Shown piece by piece: positions 1 through 8,729 of a stretch of 64,000 nucleotides of DNA (position 1 is its first letter; each line of letters starts with the position of its first letter). Position numbers and translations under genes: made by a program. The DNA is from Geopsychrobacteraceae bacterium (lineage in GTDB: Bacteria > Desulfobacterota > Desulfuromonadia > Desulfuromonadales > Geopsychrobacteraceae). Location: the NCBI GenBank assembly GCA_963676795.2, contig CAXXTB010000001.1:672001-736000 (forward strand), written 5' to 3'. The notes beneath the pieces were generated by a model. That model ran no database searches. It worked only from the letters and a program-made list of their open reading frames with translations, and was not told where the DNA came from.

Positions 1-20
1 CTTTTCTGTTTTATCTCCCA

Positions 21-452
21 TTGAAACACCGCAGGTGTTTCTGCGGTTCTGCCCGTTAGCTGAGCGAAGCTCAACGTTGGGCGCGTTCCGTTTCGCTGGT
101 GCGCGGCTACGAAAGAAACGCAGAAACTTTTCCGACATATAAAAAGGGCGTTTTTGCATACTTTTGACGCCCAGGTCAAAAGTATGGCGCAGTTTGGGGG
201 CGCGACCCCAAGGTTTAGTTTGTTGTTGTGACAAAGTTTATAGAAACAAAACCGTCGGTTCTCGCACCGACAGGCGACATCCTTTTCTTTGAGCGCAATG
301 AAAAGGATGCAAAAGAAACTTTTTCAAATCTGTCGAAAAGGGATGAGGATTTGCTGCGTAGGCTGGATGCGAGCTAAACGCCTTGCGCCCCACGATGAAC
401 GAGTTCATCTAATGGGCAGAACCGGAAAGCCGCTGTGCGGCTTGGATGATAT
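21..452. repeat. REPIN-like structured dispersed repeat, family A copy 1
   Basis: Homologous in inverted orientation to 35012-35446, e.g. aaagggcgtttttgcatacttttgacgcccaggtcaaaagtatggcgcag. Multiple hairpins, with inverted ends cggttctgccc / gggcagaaccg. Confidence 0.85.
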
Positions 453-469
453 GAAACAAGCTAAACTGG

Positions 470-1483
470 TTAGCGGTTCTTTTTGCGGTAGAGAAGGTAT
501 TCGCGTACCGCCCTGTTGTGTTCGACCAGGGTTTTGGAAAAATGGTGCCCACCGTTGCCGCTGGCAACAAAATAGAGATACGTGGTCTGGGCCGGATGGG
601 CTGCCGCCTCAAGGGCTGCCTTGCCGGGACTGGCGATCGGGCCCGGGGGTAAACCACGCATCAGATAGGTGTTGTACGGGGTCGGGGTCTGCAGATGCTT
701 GCGGGTGATGTTGCCGTCAAAATCCTTGATGCCGTAGATAACGGTCGGATCGGTTTGCAGAGGGATCCCGCGCTTCAGACGGTTGTGAAAAACCGACGAG
801 ATCAGCGGCATCTCTTCGACAACGCCGGTCTCCTTTTCGATGATCGACGCCAGGGTGACGAGTTGGTGAGCATTCAGATTGTAGGTTTTGCCGGCTGCTA
901 AAAGCTCATCCGTCAGCTGCTGCTGACAGAGGTCGACCATCATCTTCAGCAGGGCCTTCTCACTGGTCCCCTCGGTAAAAACATAGGTTTCCGGGAAAAG
1001 GTAGCCCTCAAGACTATCACCGGGGATCTTCAGCTCTTTGAGAAAATCCTTGTCATAGGCCAGTTGCTGCAGGCATTGCTTGTCGCCATAGCCCGCCTCA
1101 GCGATACGCTCGATGATCTGGGTCAGGGTGAAACCTTCAGGAATGGTCAGCCGGGCCTTGATGGTATCGCCTGCAAGCAGTCGCTCGAAAACCTGCTGTG
1201 GTGTAGCTGGGTTGCTGAAGTTGTAGCGGCCGGCCTGGATATACCCTGCCTGACTATTGAGTCTGGCCAGCAGGCGCAACGACAATGAGCTGGTGATAAC
1301 TCCCTGCTGCTCCAACCGGCGAGCCACCAGGCCCAGGCTGCTGCCCGGTTCGATCGTCAGAGTAACAGGCGTTGCGGGGGCATGGGGACTATTGAGCTGG
1401 TTGTAGACAAAAGCTCCGCCTGCTGCTCCGGTCACCAGGATCAGAACCACCAGGCCGATGACAAGTCTGAACAGCAGTTTCAT
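470..1483 (-). CDS. mltG: Endolytic transglycosylase MltG (YceG family)
   Basis: N-terminal TM helix; LTIPEG, LEGYLFPETY, LASIIEKE, LQTDPTVIY, YNTY..GLPPGPI motifs. Confidence 0.95.
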   Translation of the reverse strand: MKLLFRLVIGLVVLILVTGAAGGAFVYNQLNSPHAPATPVTLTIEPGSSLGLVARRLEQQGVITSSLSLRLLARLNSQAGYIQAGRYNFSNPATPQQVFERLLAGDTIKARLTIPEGFTLTQIIERIAEAGYGDKQCLQQLAYDKDFLKELKIPGDSLEGYLFPETYVFTEGTSEKALLKMMVDLCQQQLTDELLAAGKTYNLNAHQLVTLASIIEKETGVVEEMPLISSVFHNRLKRGIPLQTDPTVIYGIKDFDGNITRKHLQTPTPYNTYLMRGLPPGPIASPGKAALEAAAHPAQTTYLYFVASGNGGHHFSKTLVEHNRAVREYLLYRKKNR

Positions 1484-2067
1484 CAGATCTTGAACCGGTT
1501 TTCGGTTCCGCTTCGCAAGCGCTCAATGTTCCCGCGATGGCGCCAGATGACGATCGCAGCGATAACCAGGGTTGCAGCAAAGAGCGGCAGAGAACGGTTG
1601 AAATAGGCGATGACAAAGGGGATGACCGCAGCGGCAGTGATCGATGCCAGTGAGATGTAGCGCCAGATCAGCAGAACCACGATAAACACCAGCAGAGCAA
1701 CAAGGATAGCCTTGGGCGAAAGGACCAGGAAGATGCCCAGAGCGGTAGCGACCCCTTTTCCCCCTTTGAAGCCGAGATAGACCGGGTAACAGTGGCCGAT
1801 GAAGGAGGCCAGAGAGACCAGCGCCACTCCTTCTGGAGACAGGCCAAGCTTGATGGCGATCAGAATCGGAATGACCCCCTTAAGGCAGTCGCCGACCAGG
1901 GTCAGGATCCCCATCTTGCGTCCGGCGACGCGATAGACATTGGTCGCGCCGATGTTGCCGCTGCCCGCTTTGCGGATATCGCTGCCTCCGACAAGGCGGG
2001 TCAGCAGGACACCTGTAGGGATAGCGCCGATCAGGTAGGCGACACAGATCATCAGAATCAGGGTCAT
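1483..2067 (-). CDS. plsY: Glycerol-3-phosphate acyltransferase PlsY
   Basis: YLIGAIP, GSGNIGATNVYR, GHCYPV..FKGGKGVAT, HRGNIERL motifs. Confidence 0.95.
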   Translation of the reverse strand: MTLILMICVAYLIGAIPTGVLLTRLVGGSDIRKAGSGNIGATNVYRVAGRKMGILTLVGDCLKGVIPILIAIKLGLSPEGVALVSLASFIGHCYPVYLGFKGGKGVATALGIFLVLSPKAILVALLVFIVVLLIWRYISLASITAAAVIPFVIAYFNRSLPLFAATLVIAAIVIWRHRGNIERLRSGTENRFKI

Positions 2068-2093
2068 AATTGCTCCATGGCTAGCTATTAAAA

Positions 2094-2477
2094 TTAATTG
2101 GATTGTTTGTTTGACATGGCTTTGCGGTACTCGCGGATGGCTCCGTGAATGGCGCTGGCAGCAAGGTTGGAACAGTGCATTTTTTCAGGTGGTAAGCCGT
2201 CAAGAGCCTCGGCAATCACATCATCAGTGATATTCAGAGCCTGCTCCAGGCTTTTGCCCTTGACCAGCTCAGTTGCGATCGAGGCTGTCGCGATCGCCGC
2301 ACCACAGCCGATAACCTTGTACTTGATATCGACAATCTGGTCGTTGACGATCATCAGTGTCATCAGCAGGGAATCGCCACAGTTCGGGTCGCCGACCTGA
2401 ACAAGAACGGTCGGATTGTCGATGATGCCGACATTGCGCGGATTACTGAAGTGGTCCATGACTTTTTCGGTGTACAC
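2094..2477 (-). CDS. IscU/NifU-type Fe-S cluster scaffold protein
   Basis: YTEKVMDHFSNPRNVG, CGD, GCGAAIA, KMHCSNL. Confidence 0.92.
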   Translation of the reverse strand: MYTEKVMDHFSNPRNVGIIDNPTVLVQVGDPNCGDSLLMTLMIVNDQIVDIKYKVIGCGAAIATASIATELVKGKSLEQALNITDDVIAEALDGLPPEKMHCSNLAASAIHGAIREYRKAMSNKQSN

Positions 2478-2614
2478 GAAAAGACGCCCTTTGCGAAAGA
2501 TCCATAGGTCACAGGTCGCCAGCAGTCTACCGTTTTGACCATATGCAGGGCAATAAATTAATCTTTATGGCGGGTGCGGTGAAACAGAAATGCGTATCAG
2601 GAATTGCCGGGGCG

Positions 2615-2779
2615 TCAGTGATGAGCGCCCCAGCGGGTGATCAGGTGAAATTTTTCGACATCGCTCAGACCATCTGTACCTGTGGCGCGACCGTCTCTGG
2701 TCCAGCTTTTCAGATGAGCTGCGCTTGCCACGACAAGCAGCGTCAGAGCGAATAACAGGATAAAAAATATAAAGCTCAT
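2615..2779 (-). CDS. Putative 54-aa small membrane protein (not in ORF track)
   Basis: Manual translation MSFIFFILLFALTLLVVASAAHLKSWTRDGRATGTDGLSDVEKFHLITRWGAHH*. GGAG RBS upstream; divergent from LysR. Confidence 0.55.
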   Translation of the reverse strand: MSFIFFILLFALTLLVVASAAHLKSWTRDGRATGTDGLSDVEKFHLITRWGAHH

Positions 2780-2880
2780 AGTGGTCTCCGGATTAAAGAG
2801 TTGTTGTCCTGTTGAAATACTAGACAGAGAAGGTGTATAAGTAAAATCGTAAATAATTAACTACTGGATAGGTTTCGCTT

Positions 2881-3855
2881 ATGCTTCCGGATCTGAATCG
2901 GCTCAAGCTGTTTTATTATGTCTATCGCGCACGGAGTGTGGTTGGTGCTGCCGCGGAGCTGAATATCTCCCAGCCGGCCGTCAGTCAGCAGCTGCAGAAG
3001 CTGGAAGCTGAACTGAAGACCTCGCTCTTCACCCGCTTGCACAAGAAGCTGGTGCCGACCTCGGCCGGAGAACGGCTGTTTTCTCTTGTCTCGCCGATGA
3101 TCGACGGGCTGGAAGTTGGTCTGCCCTTTATCCGCCAGCCGAGCGATACCCCCGCCGGCTTGCTGCGCATTGGCGCGCCGCGCGAGTTTGGCAAGTATTA
3201 TCTGCCCCGTTTCTGTGCCGACTTTCGTCGCCATTACCCGGATGTTTGCTTCGGTTTCAAGCTCAAGGAATCGTTGCCGTTGATGACCATGTTGCGTGAG
3301 GGAATACTCGACTTCGCGCTGGTCGATGTCTATTTTGAAGAGGGGTCGCTGGCCGGCTTCAAGGATATCTTCAGCTATGATCCGCTGCTTCGCGAAGAGA
3401 TGCTGCTGGTCTGCTCCAGGGACTACTATGATCAGCGCATTGCCGGGAACCATTCCCTTGAGCATCTGGCGAGCCAGGATTTTGTCACCGACGAGGATGA
3501 TCCTTCCATTCTTGACGTCTGGTTCCGTCATCACTTCGAGCGGGTACCGGACAAGCTGAACATCGTCATGCGTTTCGACAGTCACGAAGCGCTGCTGACC
3601 AGCCTGGTGCTGGGGCAGGGGCTCGGGGTGGCGACTGCCCACCTGATGTGGGATGAACTGCAGAGCGGTGAGCTGATACCGTTGACGACCCGACGCGAAA
3701 CCCTGGTCAACATGATTTCTCTGGTACAGCTACAGGACAAGGTGCCAACCCTGACCGAGAAAACCTTTCGTGATTTTCTGCTCAAAGCGATACGTCACAA
3801 GGATGTTCAGGAACGTTTTCAGCGGGTTCAGCGAACCAGGGAGATCTCTTCGTAG
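2881..3855 (+). CDS. LysR-family transcriptional regulator
   Basis: N-terminal HTH (AAAELNISQPAVSQQLQKLEAEL..LFTR) plus substrate-binding domain. Confidence 0.93.
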   Translation: MLPDLNRLKLFYYVYRARSVVGAAAELNISQPAVSQQLQKLEAELKTSLFTRLHKKLVPTSAGERLFSLVSPMIDGLEVGLPFIRQPSDTPAGLLRIGAPREFGKYYLPRFCADFRRHYPDVCFGFKLKESLPLMTMLREGILDFALVDVYFEEGSLAGFKDIFSYDPLLREEMLLVCSRDYYDQRIAGNHSLEHLASQDFVTDEDDPSILDVWFRHHFERVPDKLNIVMRFDSHEALLTSLVLGQGLGVATAHLMWDELQSGELIPLTTRRETLVNMISLVQLQDKVPTLTEKTFRDFLLKAIRHKDVQERFQRVQRTREISS

Positions 3856-4025
3856 GGGCATTATGCGAAATTGTACAAGGTTAAAAGCCAGGACTTAGTA
3901 AGCTGACTCAGCCTTAAGAGAAGGTTTCAAAATGGATTAGTGCTTGACTTGCTCAAGAACTGTTCGTCAAAATGCCAGAAATTTGATCTTCAATGACGAT
4001 GACTTTCATCCAAAGGGACCTGCAC

Positions 4026-4364
4026 ATGAATGCACATATCTTTTCCGGACATGCCCAGTTACCTGAAGGAACTAACCTGGCCGTCATTCACCGTTATGCA
4101 ACCGTGGTCATGAAAATTGATATGGACAACGGCAAGATTCTCGATTGCAACGTACCGATCTATTGTGACCTGCACAACGAATTCATTCTGGAGATCATCC
4201 GGGGGCGCAGTGTCGCCACGGATCTCAATGATATCATTGATGAAATCAACGAAAGAATCCACAGCCTGTCGAACAAGGCGCTGGTCTCTTCGCTGCAGGT
4301 TATCCATAACCGGTATCAGATGGTGGCCAAGTCTCTCGAAGCGAATAAATATGAAAATGGTTGA
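4026..4364 (+). CDS. DUF3870-like protein
   Basis: IFSGHAQLPEG...VMKIDMDNGKILDC pattern resembles DUF3870; ATG 4026 follows aaggga (track start 3993). Confidence 0.65.
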   Translation: MNAHIFSGHAQLPEGTNLAVIHRYATVVMKIDMDNGKILDCNVPIYCDLHNEFILEIIRGRSVATDLNDIIDEINERIHSLSNKALVSSLQVIHNRYQMVAKSLEANKYENG

Positions 4365-4388
4365 CATCTGTTTGTGAAACGGTAATAT
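4361..4388 (+). promoter_or_regulatory. Sigma70-type promoter for the catabolic operon leader
   Basis: TTGACA (4361-4366), 16 nt spacer, TAATAT (4383-4388). Confidence 0.6.
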
Positions 4389-4418
4389 GGCTAACAAGAT
4401 TCGAACAATCCAATCGGT

Positions 4419-4535
4419 TGTTTATTTGAGTCGCCTGTATACCGTATCGAAATGACCTTTCGATACCTAGTAGACAAGCTCAGCTCGATAAGCATGGCGA
4501 GTTATCTCGTTATGTTTTTCTGCTGGGCTTTTTTT
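4419..4535 (+). promoter_or_regulatory. Structured leader RNA unit 1 (conserved domain plus intrinsic terminator); candidate riboswitch/attenuator
   Basis: tgtttatttgagtcgcctgtat; hairpin gtatcgaaa-tgacc-tttcgatac; long hairpin aagctcagc...gctgggc followed by a T run. Confidence 0.8.
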
Positions 4536-4583
4536 GTTTGTATGTTCTGATCAAAGTTAGAGGTTTTGGTAGTTTAAAATCGA

Positions 4584-4703
4584 TGTTTATTTGAGTCGCC
4601 TGTATGCCGTATCGGAACGACCTTCCGATACTTAGTAAACAAGCCCAGCTCGGTTAAACACAACGGTTCGTGTGTCGTTGTGTGATTGAGCTGGGCTTTT
4701 TTT
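4584..4703 (+). promoter_or_regulatory. Structured leader RNA unit 2 (conserved domain plus intrinsic terminator); candidate riboswitch/attenuator
   Basis: Second copy 165 nt downstream; hairpin gtatcggaa-cgacc-ttccgatac (compensatory change); terminator aagcccagctc...gagctgggc plus T7. Confidence 0.82.
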
Positions 4704-4749
4704 ATTTTCCGCTGTTCTGCAGCACTCAAAAGATCAAGGAGAGGTAGGT

Positions 4750-5553
4750 ATGTCTTTTATTTCTGATCCCTATACCGATTTGCAGCTGATCGAACTCAGT
4801 CATCCCTGGGGGCATGGTGTTCCTTCATACCCGGGGCAGACCGACGTCGTCATGTTTCGCAGCGTCAAGCATTCTCAGCACGGAGTACTCGCCTGGAAAA
4901 TTAACACGGTGATGCACACCGGCACCCACATGAACGCACCGATCCACCTGATCCAGAAGGGCGCCGACCTGTCCGAGCTGAGCGAAGATCGCTTTTTCGG
5001 TAACGGCGTCGTTCTGAGCATTCCGAAGGCCAGCTACGAAGTCATCAGCGCTGACGATCTGAAAAACGCCAAGCCGGGCATCCGCAAGGGCGACTTCGTT
5101 GTTATCGTCACCGGCTGGCACCACAAATACTCCGATTCCATCGAGTATTTCGGTGAATGTCCGGGACTGTCGAAGGAGGCGGCCGAGTACCTTGTCGAAC
5201 AGCAGTGCAAGGTTGTTGCTGTCGACACCCAGCAGATCGACCATCCGCTGGCCACCTCGCTCGGACCGCATCGTGGCGGACCGAATATGAAGCGTCTTGC
5301 CAAGGATTACAGCGATGCGACCGGGCTCGATCCAAAGATTGAGCACGGGCAGTGGAACGTTGCCCATAAAACCTTGCTGGCGGCCGGAATTCCGACCATC
5401 GAGCAGGTCGGCGGCGATGTCGATCTGTTGCTCGGCAAACGTGCCACCTTCATTGCGACCCCCTGGAAATTCAGAAAAGGGGACGCCTGTCAGGTGCGTC
5501 TGGTCGCCATGGTCGACCCGAGTGGTCAATGCCGTATTCCTTCCGGTTGTTAA
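4750..5553 (+). CDS. Cyclase family (kynurenine formamidase-like) metallohydrolase 1
   Basis: ELSHPW, HTGTHMNAPIH (variant of HxGTHxDxPxH), IVTGW, IEQVGG. Confidence 0.88.
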   Translation: MSFISDPYTDLQLIELSHPWGHGVPSYPGQTDVVMFRSVKHSQHGVLAWKINTVMHTGTHMNAPIHLIQKGADLSELSEDRFFGNGVVLSIPKASYEVISADDLKNAKPGIRKGDFVVIVTGWHHKYSDSIEYFGECPGLSKEAAEYLVEQQCKVVAVDTQQIDHPLATSLGPHRGGPNMKRLAKDYSDATGLDPKIEHGQWNVAHKTLLAAGIPTIEQVGGDVDLLLGKRATFIATPWKFRKGDACQVRLVAMVDPSGQCRIPSGC

Positions 5554-5577
5554 CCCATTTTTCTACAGGAGCCAGCA

Positions 5578-6360
5578 ATGAGCCTTGAAATATACAACTT
5601 GAGCCATACCTTCGAACAGTTCATGCCCGAGTGGCCGTCATCCCCCGGGGTGAATGTCACGGTCAATAAGTTCCACGCCAAAGACGGACTCTACCAGGTC
5701 AACTGGGAGGGGATCATGCACCGCTGCACCCACATGGATGCGCCCCTGCACGTCACCGAAAATACCCCTGATATCGCTGATTATCCGTTGTGGCGCCTGT
5801 GCGGTACCGGTGTCGCGGTGTCGATCCCGAAAGGCAAATGGGGAACGATAACTCCGGAAGATCTGGAAAAAGCGAGCCCGGCGATCCAGGAGGGCGATAT
5901 CGTCATGATCAACACCGGTTTTCATCATAAATGGGCCGATACCGACGAATATTTCGCTTACGGTTGCGGGATGAGCGGTGCCGGTGCTGACTGGCTGGTC
6001 GAGAAGAAGGTCAAGCTGGTCGGTTACGGCTGCCAGGCCAATGACCATCCGCTGGCCACCAAGCTGGTCGATCACGGCCTCGGCCCGACCCATCCGCACC
6101 TGATCGAAGAATACAAGCAGGAATACGGTCACGACCCGAAGGTTGATTTTCCACTCTGGGAAGACGCTCACAAGAATCTGATGGTCAAGGGCGGGATTCC
6201 GGGCATCGAGAATATCGGTGGTGATCTCGACAAGGTCACCGGCAAGCGCTGCTTCTTTGTTGCCATGCCCTGGCGTTTCGTCGGTGGCGAAGGCTGCATC
6301 GTCCGGGTTCTGGCGATTGTCGATCCGGAGCAGAAGTTCCGCTTCGAAACCGGAGCGTAA
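5578..6360 (+). CDS. Cyclase family metallohydrolase 2
   Basis: NLSH, HRCTHMDAPLH, INTGF, IENIGG. Confidence 0.88.
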   Translation: MSLEIYNLSHTFEQFMPEWPSSPGVNVTVNKFHAKDGLYQVNWEGIMHRCTHMDAPLHVTENTPDIADYPLWRLCGTGVAVSIPKGKWGTITPEDLEKASPAIQEGDIVMINTGFHHKWADTDEYFAYGCGMSGAGADWLVEKKVKLVGYGCQANDHPLATKLVDHGLGPTHPHLIEEYKQEYGHDPKVDFPLWEDAHKNLMVKGGIPGIENIGGDLDKVTGKRCFFVAMPWRFVGGEGCIVRVLAIVDPEQKFRFETGA

Positions 6361-6491
6361 CAGCAGCGGTTGCAGATTTGGCTCCCGGTTGATGTCGGAG
6401 AGGGGGAACCGGGAGCCTAAAAGCTCGAAAACGGGATCAGAACAACCGGAGTATTTAGCTAAGTTAAAGATGAAAAGCGGTGGGGTCGAAG

Positions 6492-8729
6492 ATGATGAGA
6501 TATGACGACATAATAACAACCACAGCCTGGTCGCCGGGGCCTGGCTGTCACGGTGGTTGCGGCGTCAAGCTCTATGTCAGGGACGGACGGATCGTCAATG
6601 TCGAAGGGGATGAGAACCATCCTTTCAGCCAGGGGCGCACCTGCCCGCGGTTGCTCGCCATGACCCAGTATATCTATCATCCCGAACGACTGACTCAACC
6701 GCTGAAGCGGGTTGGTGCCCGGGGCGAGGGGAAGTTCGAACCGATCTCCTGGGACGAAGCCCTCGACACTATCGAAGCCAAATTCAATTCGATTAAAGAA
6801 GAATATGGCCCGGAATCGGTGCTGTTCTGCCAGGGGACCGGGCGCGATATCGGCGGACCGATCTCGTTTCTGGCCTATTCCTACGGCAGCCCCAACTGGA
6901 TTCAGCTCGGCCTGGCCGGGCACTCCTGTTATACGCCGCGTTTGGGCGCGATGATGGCAACCCAGGGGGACTACGCGGTACTCGATGCGGCACAGTTCTC
7001 GGAGCAGCGTTTTGACGATCCGGACTACCGGGTACCGGAGAGGATCGTCATCTGGGGACAGAACGCAGTGACCGGCTGTCCCGACGGTTTCTTCGGCCAC
7101 TGGATCGTCGACTGTATGAAGCGTGGTTCGAAGCTGATTGTCATCGACCCGCGCTGGACCTGGCTGGCGAGCAAGGCGGAGAAGTTCCTGCAGATCCGTC
7201 CCGGCACCGATGGCGCCCTGGCTCTGGCGATGATCAACGTCATTATCAGTGAAGAACTCTATGACAAGGAGTTTGTCGCCGAGTGGACCACCGGCCTCGA
7301 GGAACTGAAGGCAAGGGCGGCAGAGTACACCCCGGAACGGGTCGCTGCAATCACCTGGATACCGGCCGAGGATATTCGTGCCGCTGCGCGCCTCTATGCC
7401 GCAGCCAAACCGGCGGCCATCCACTGGGGCGTACCGATCGACAAGTGCCCGGAAGGGACCAGCGTCGCCCAGGCGATCAATCATCTCTGGTGCCTGACCG
7501 GCAACCTGGATGTGCCTGGCGGAAATGTTATCGCCAAACCGACCTACGGGGTCACCACCTACCCCTTCTCGACCCAGGAGATGAACGAGCTCTATGGCGA
7601 GGAATTCGTCAAGCGGCTCAACGAAAAGCGGATCGGCGCTAACGAGTATCCGATGGTCCGGAACTTCCGCGGCTGGGCCCAGCCTGATCTGGCCGTTGAG
7701 CAGATGATGACTGGTAATCCCTATCCGATCAAGGCCTGCTGGATTCAGACCAGTAACGTTCTGGGTGGTCAGGCCGCCGATACGCGACTTCACTACGAAG
7801 CCCTGAAGAAGATGGATTTTGTCGTCGTCGCCGACCTGTTCCATAACCCGACAACCATCGCTGCGGCCGATATCGTCCTGCCGGTCGCGACCATGGCGGA
7901 AAAAGAGAGCTTCCGCTCCTGGTGGTCGCCGCTGCAGGTGATTGTCCCGGCCGTTCAGGTCGGTGAATGCCGTTCTGACTGGGAGATCAACCTGGAGTTG
8001 GCCAAACGCTTCAACCCACAACTCAAAGAGCGCTACCCGAAAGTCCGCGATCTGATCGATGAGCGTCTGCAACCATCCGGGCGTAACTTTGACCAGATGA
8101 AAGAAGAGGGGGGCTGGGTCATGCCGCCGAAGGAATCACCTTCCCGTCCTTACCGCCGCTATGCAAAAGGGCAGTTGCGTCCAGATGGACAGCCCGGTTT
8201 CAGGACGCCGTCCGGCAAGATCGAATTCTGCAGTTCGACCTACGCTGAATGGGGGTTGAACTCACTCCCTTATTTCTCGGAACCGCCCGAGAGCGAGCAG
8301 CGCACCCCGGAGCTCAACGAGAAATATCCGCTGATCATGGTCTCGGGGCGGCGTTCGCCGGTCTACTTCCACTCAGAGCACCGGATGATCCCTTGGCTGC
8401 GCGAATGTGACCCCGATCCGCTGGTCGAGATCCATCCGCAGGTGGCGACGCCCCTTGGTATCGCCGATGGCGACTGGGTCAGCATTGAAAACGAGCGCGG
8501 CCGGATCCGCCGCCGGGCCAAAGTGACACCGATCGTTCACCCCAAGGTGATCAGCGTCCCCCATGGCTGGTGGTTGCCGGAGAGTGAAGCTGCAGAGCCG
8601 AACCTCTACGGCAACTGGCAGATCAACTGCAACCAGTTGATCCCGATGGGCACCCAGAGCCAGTCCGGTTTCGGTGGCGGGGCCTACAAAACCACCCTGG
8701 TCCGGGTTGAGAAAGCGGAGGTGGGCTGA
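6492..8729 (+). CDS. Mo/W-bisPGD oxidoreductase, catechol dehydroxylase/acetylene hydratase-like clade, catalytic subunit
   Basis: WSPGPGCHGGCG..VEGDENHP..CPR, SCYTPR, RPGTDGALA, ADIVLP, C-terminal molybdopterin dinucleotide domain; no Tat signal. Confidence 0.88.
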   Translation: MMRYDDIITTTAWSPGPGCHGGCGVKLYVRDGRIVNVEGDENHPFSQGRTCPRLLAMTQYIYHPERLTQPLKRVGARGEGKFEPISWDEALDTIEAKFNSIKEEYGPESVLFCQGTGRDIGGPISFLAYSYGSPNWIQLGLAGHSCYTPRLGAMMATQGDYAVLDAAQFSEQRFDDPDYRVPERIVIWGQNAVTGCPDGFFGHWIVDCMKRGSKLIVIDPRWTWLASKAEKFLQIRPGTDGALALAMINVIISEELYDKEFVAEWTTGLEELKARAAEYTPERVAAITWIPAEDIRAAARLYAAAKPAAIHWGVPIDKCPEGTSVAQAINHLWCLTGNLDVPGGNVIAKPTYGVTTYPFSTQEMNELYGEEFVKRLNEKRIGANEYPMVRNFRGWAQPDLAVEQMMTGNPYPIKACWIQTSNVLGGQAADTRLHYEALKKMDFVVVADLFHNPTTIAAADIVLPVATMAEKESFRSWWSPLQVIVPAVQVGECRSDWEINLELAKRFNPQLKERYPKVRDLIDERLQPSGRNFDQMKEEGGWVMPPKESPSRPYRRYAKGQLRPDGQPGFRTPSGKIEFCSSTYAEWGLNSLPYFSEPPESEQRTPELNEKYPLIMVSGRRSPVYFHSEHRMIPWLRECDPDPLVEIHPQVATPLGIADGDWVSIENERGRIRRRAKVTPIVHPKVISVPHGWWLPESEAAEPNLYGNWQINCNQLIPMGTQSQSGFGGGAYKTTLVRVEKAEVG

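Noticed and set aside
289..708. ORFs over repeat family A (also 35000-35460)
   Set aside because: They overlap palindromic repeats and mltG, and reading frames are not conserved between the copies.
4419..4703. Tandem repeat read as a CRISPR array or a leader peptide (M-F-I-stop)
   Set aside because: Only two long units with terminators, no spacer pattern and no cas genes; the 3-codon ORF has no RBS.
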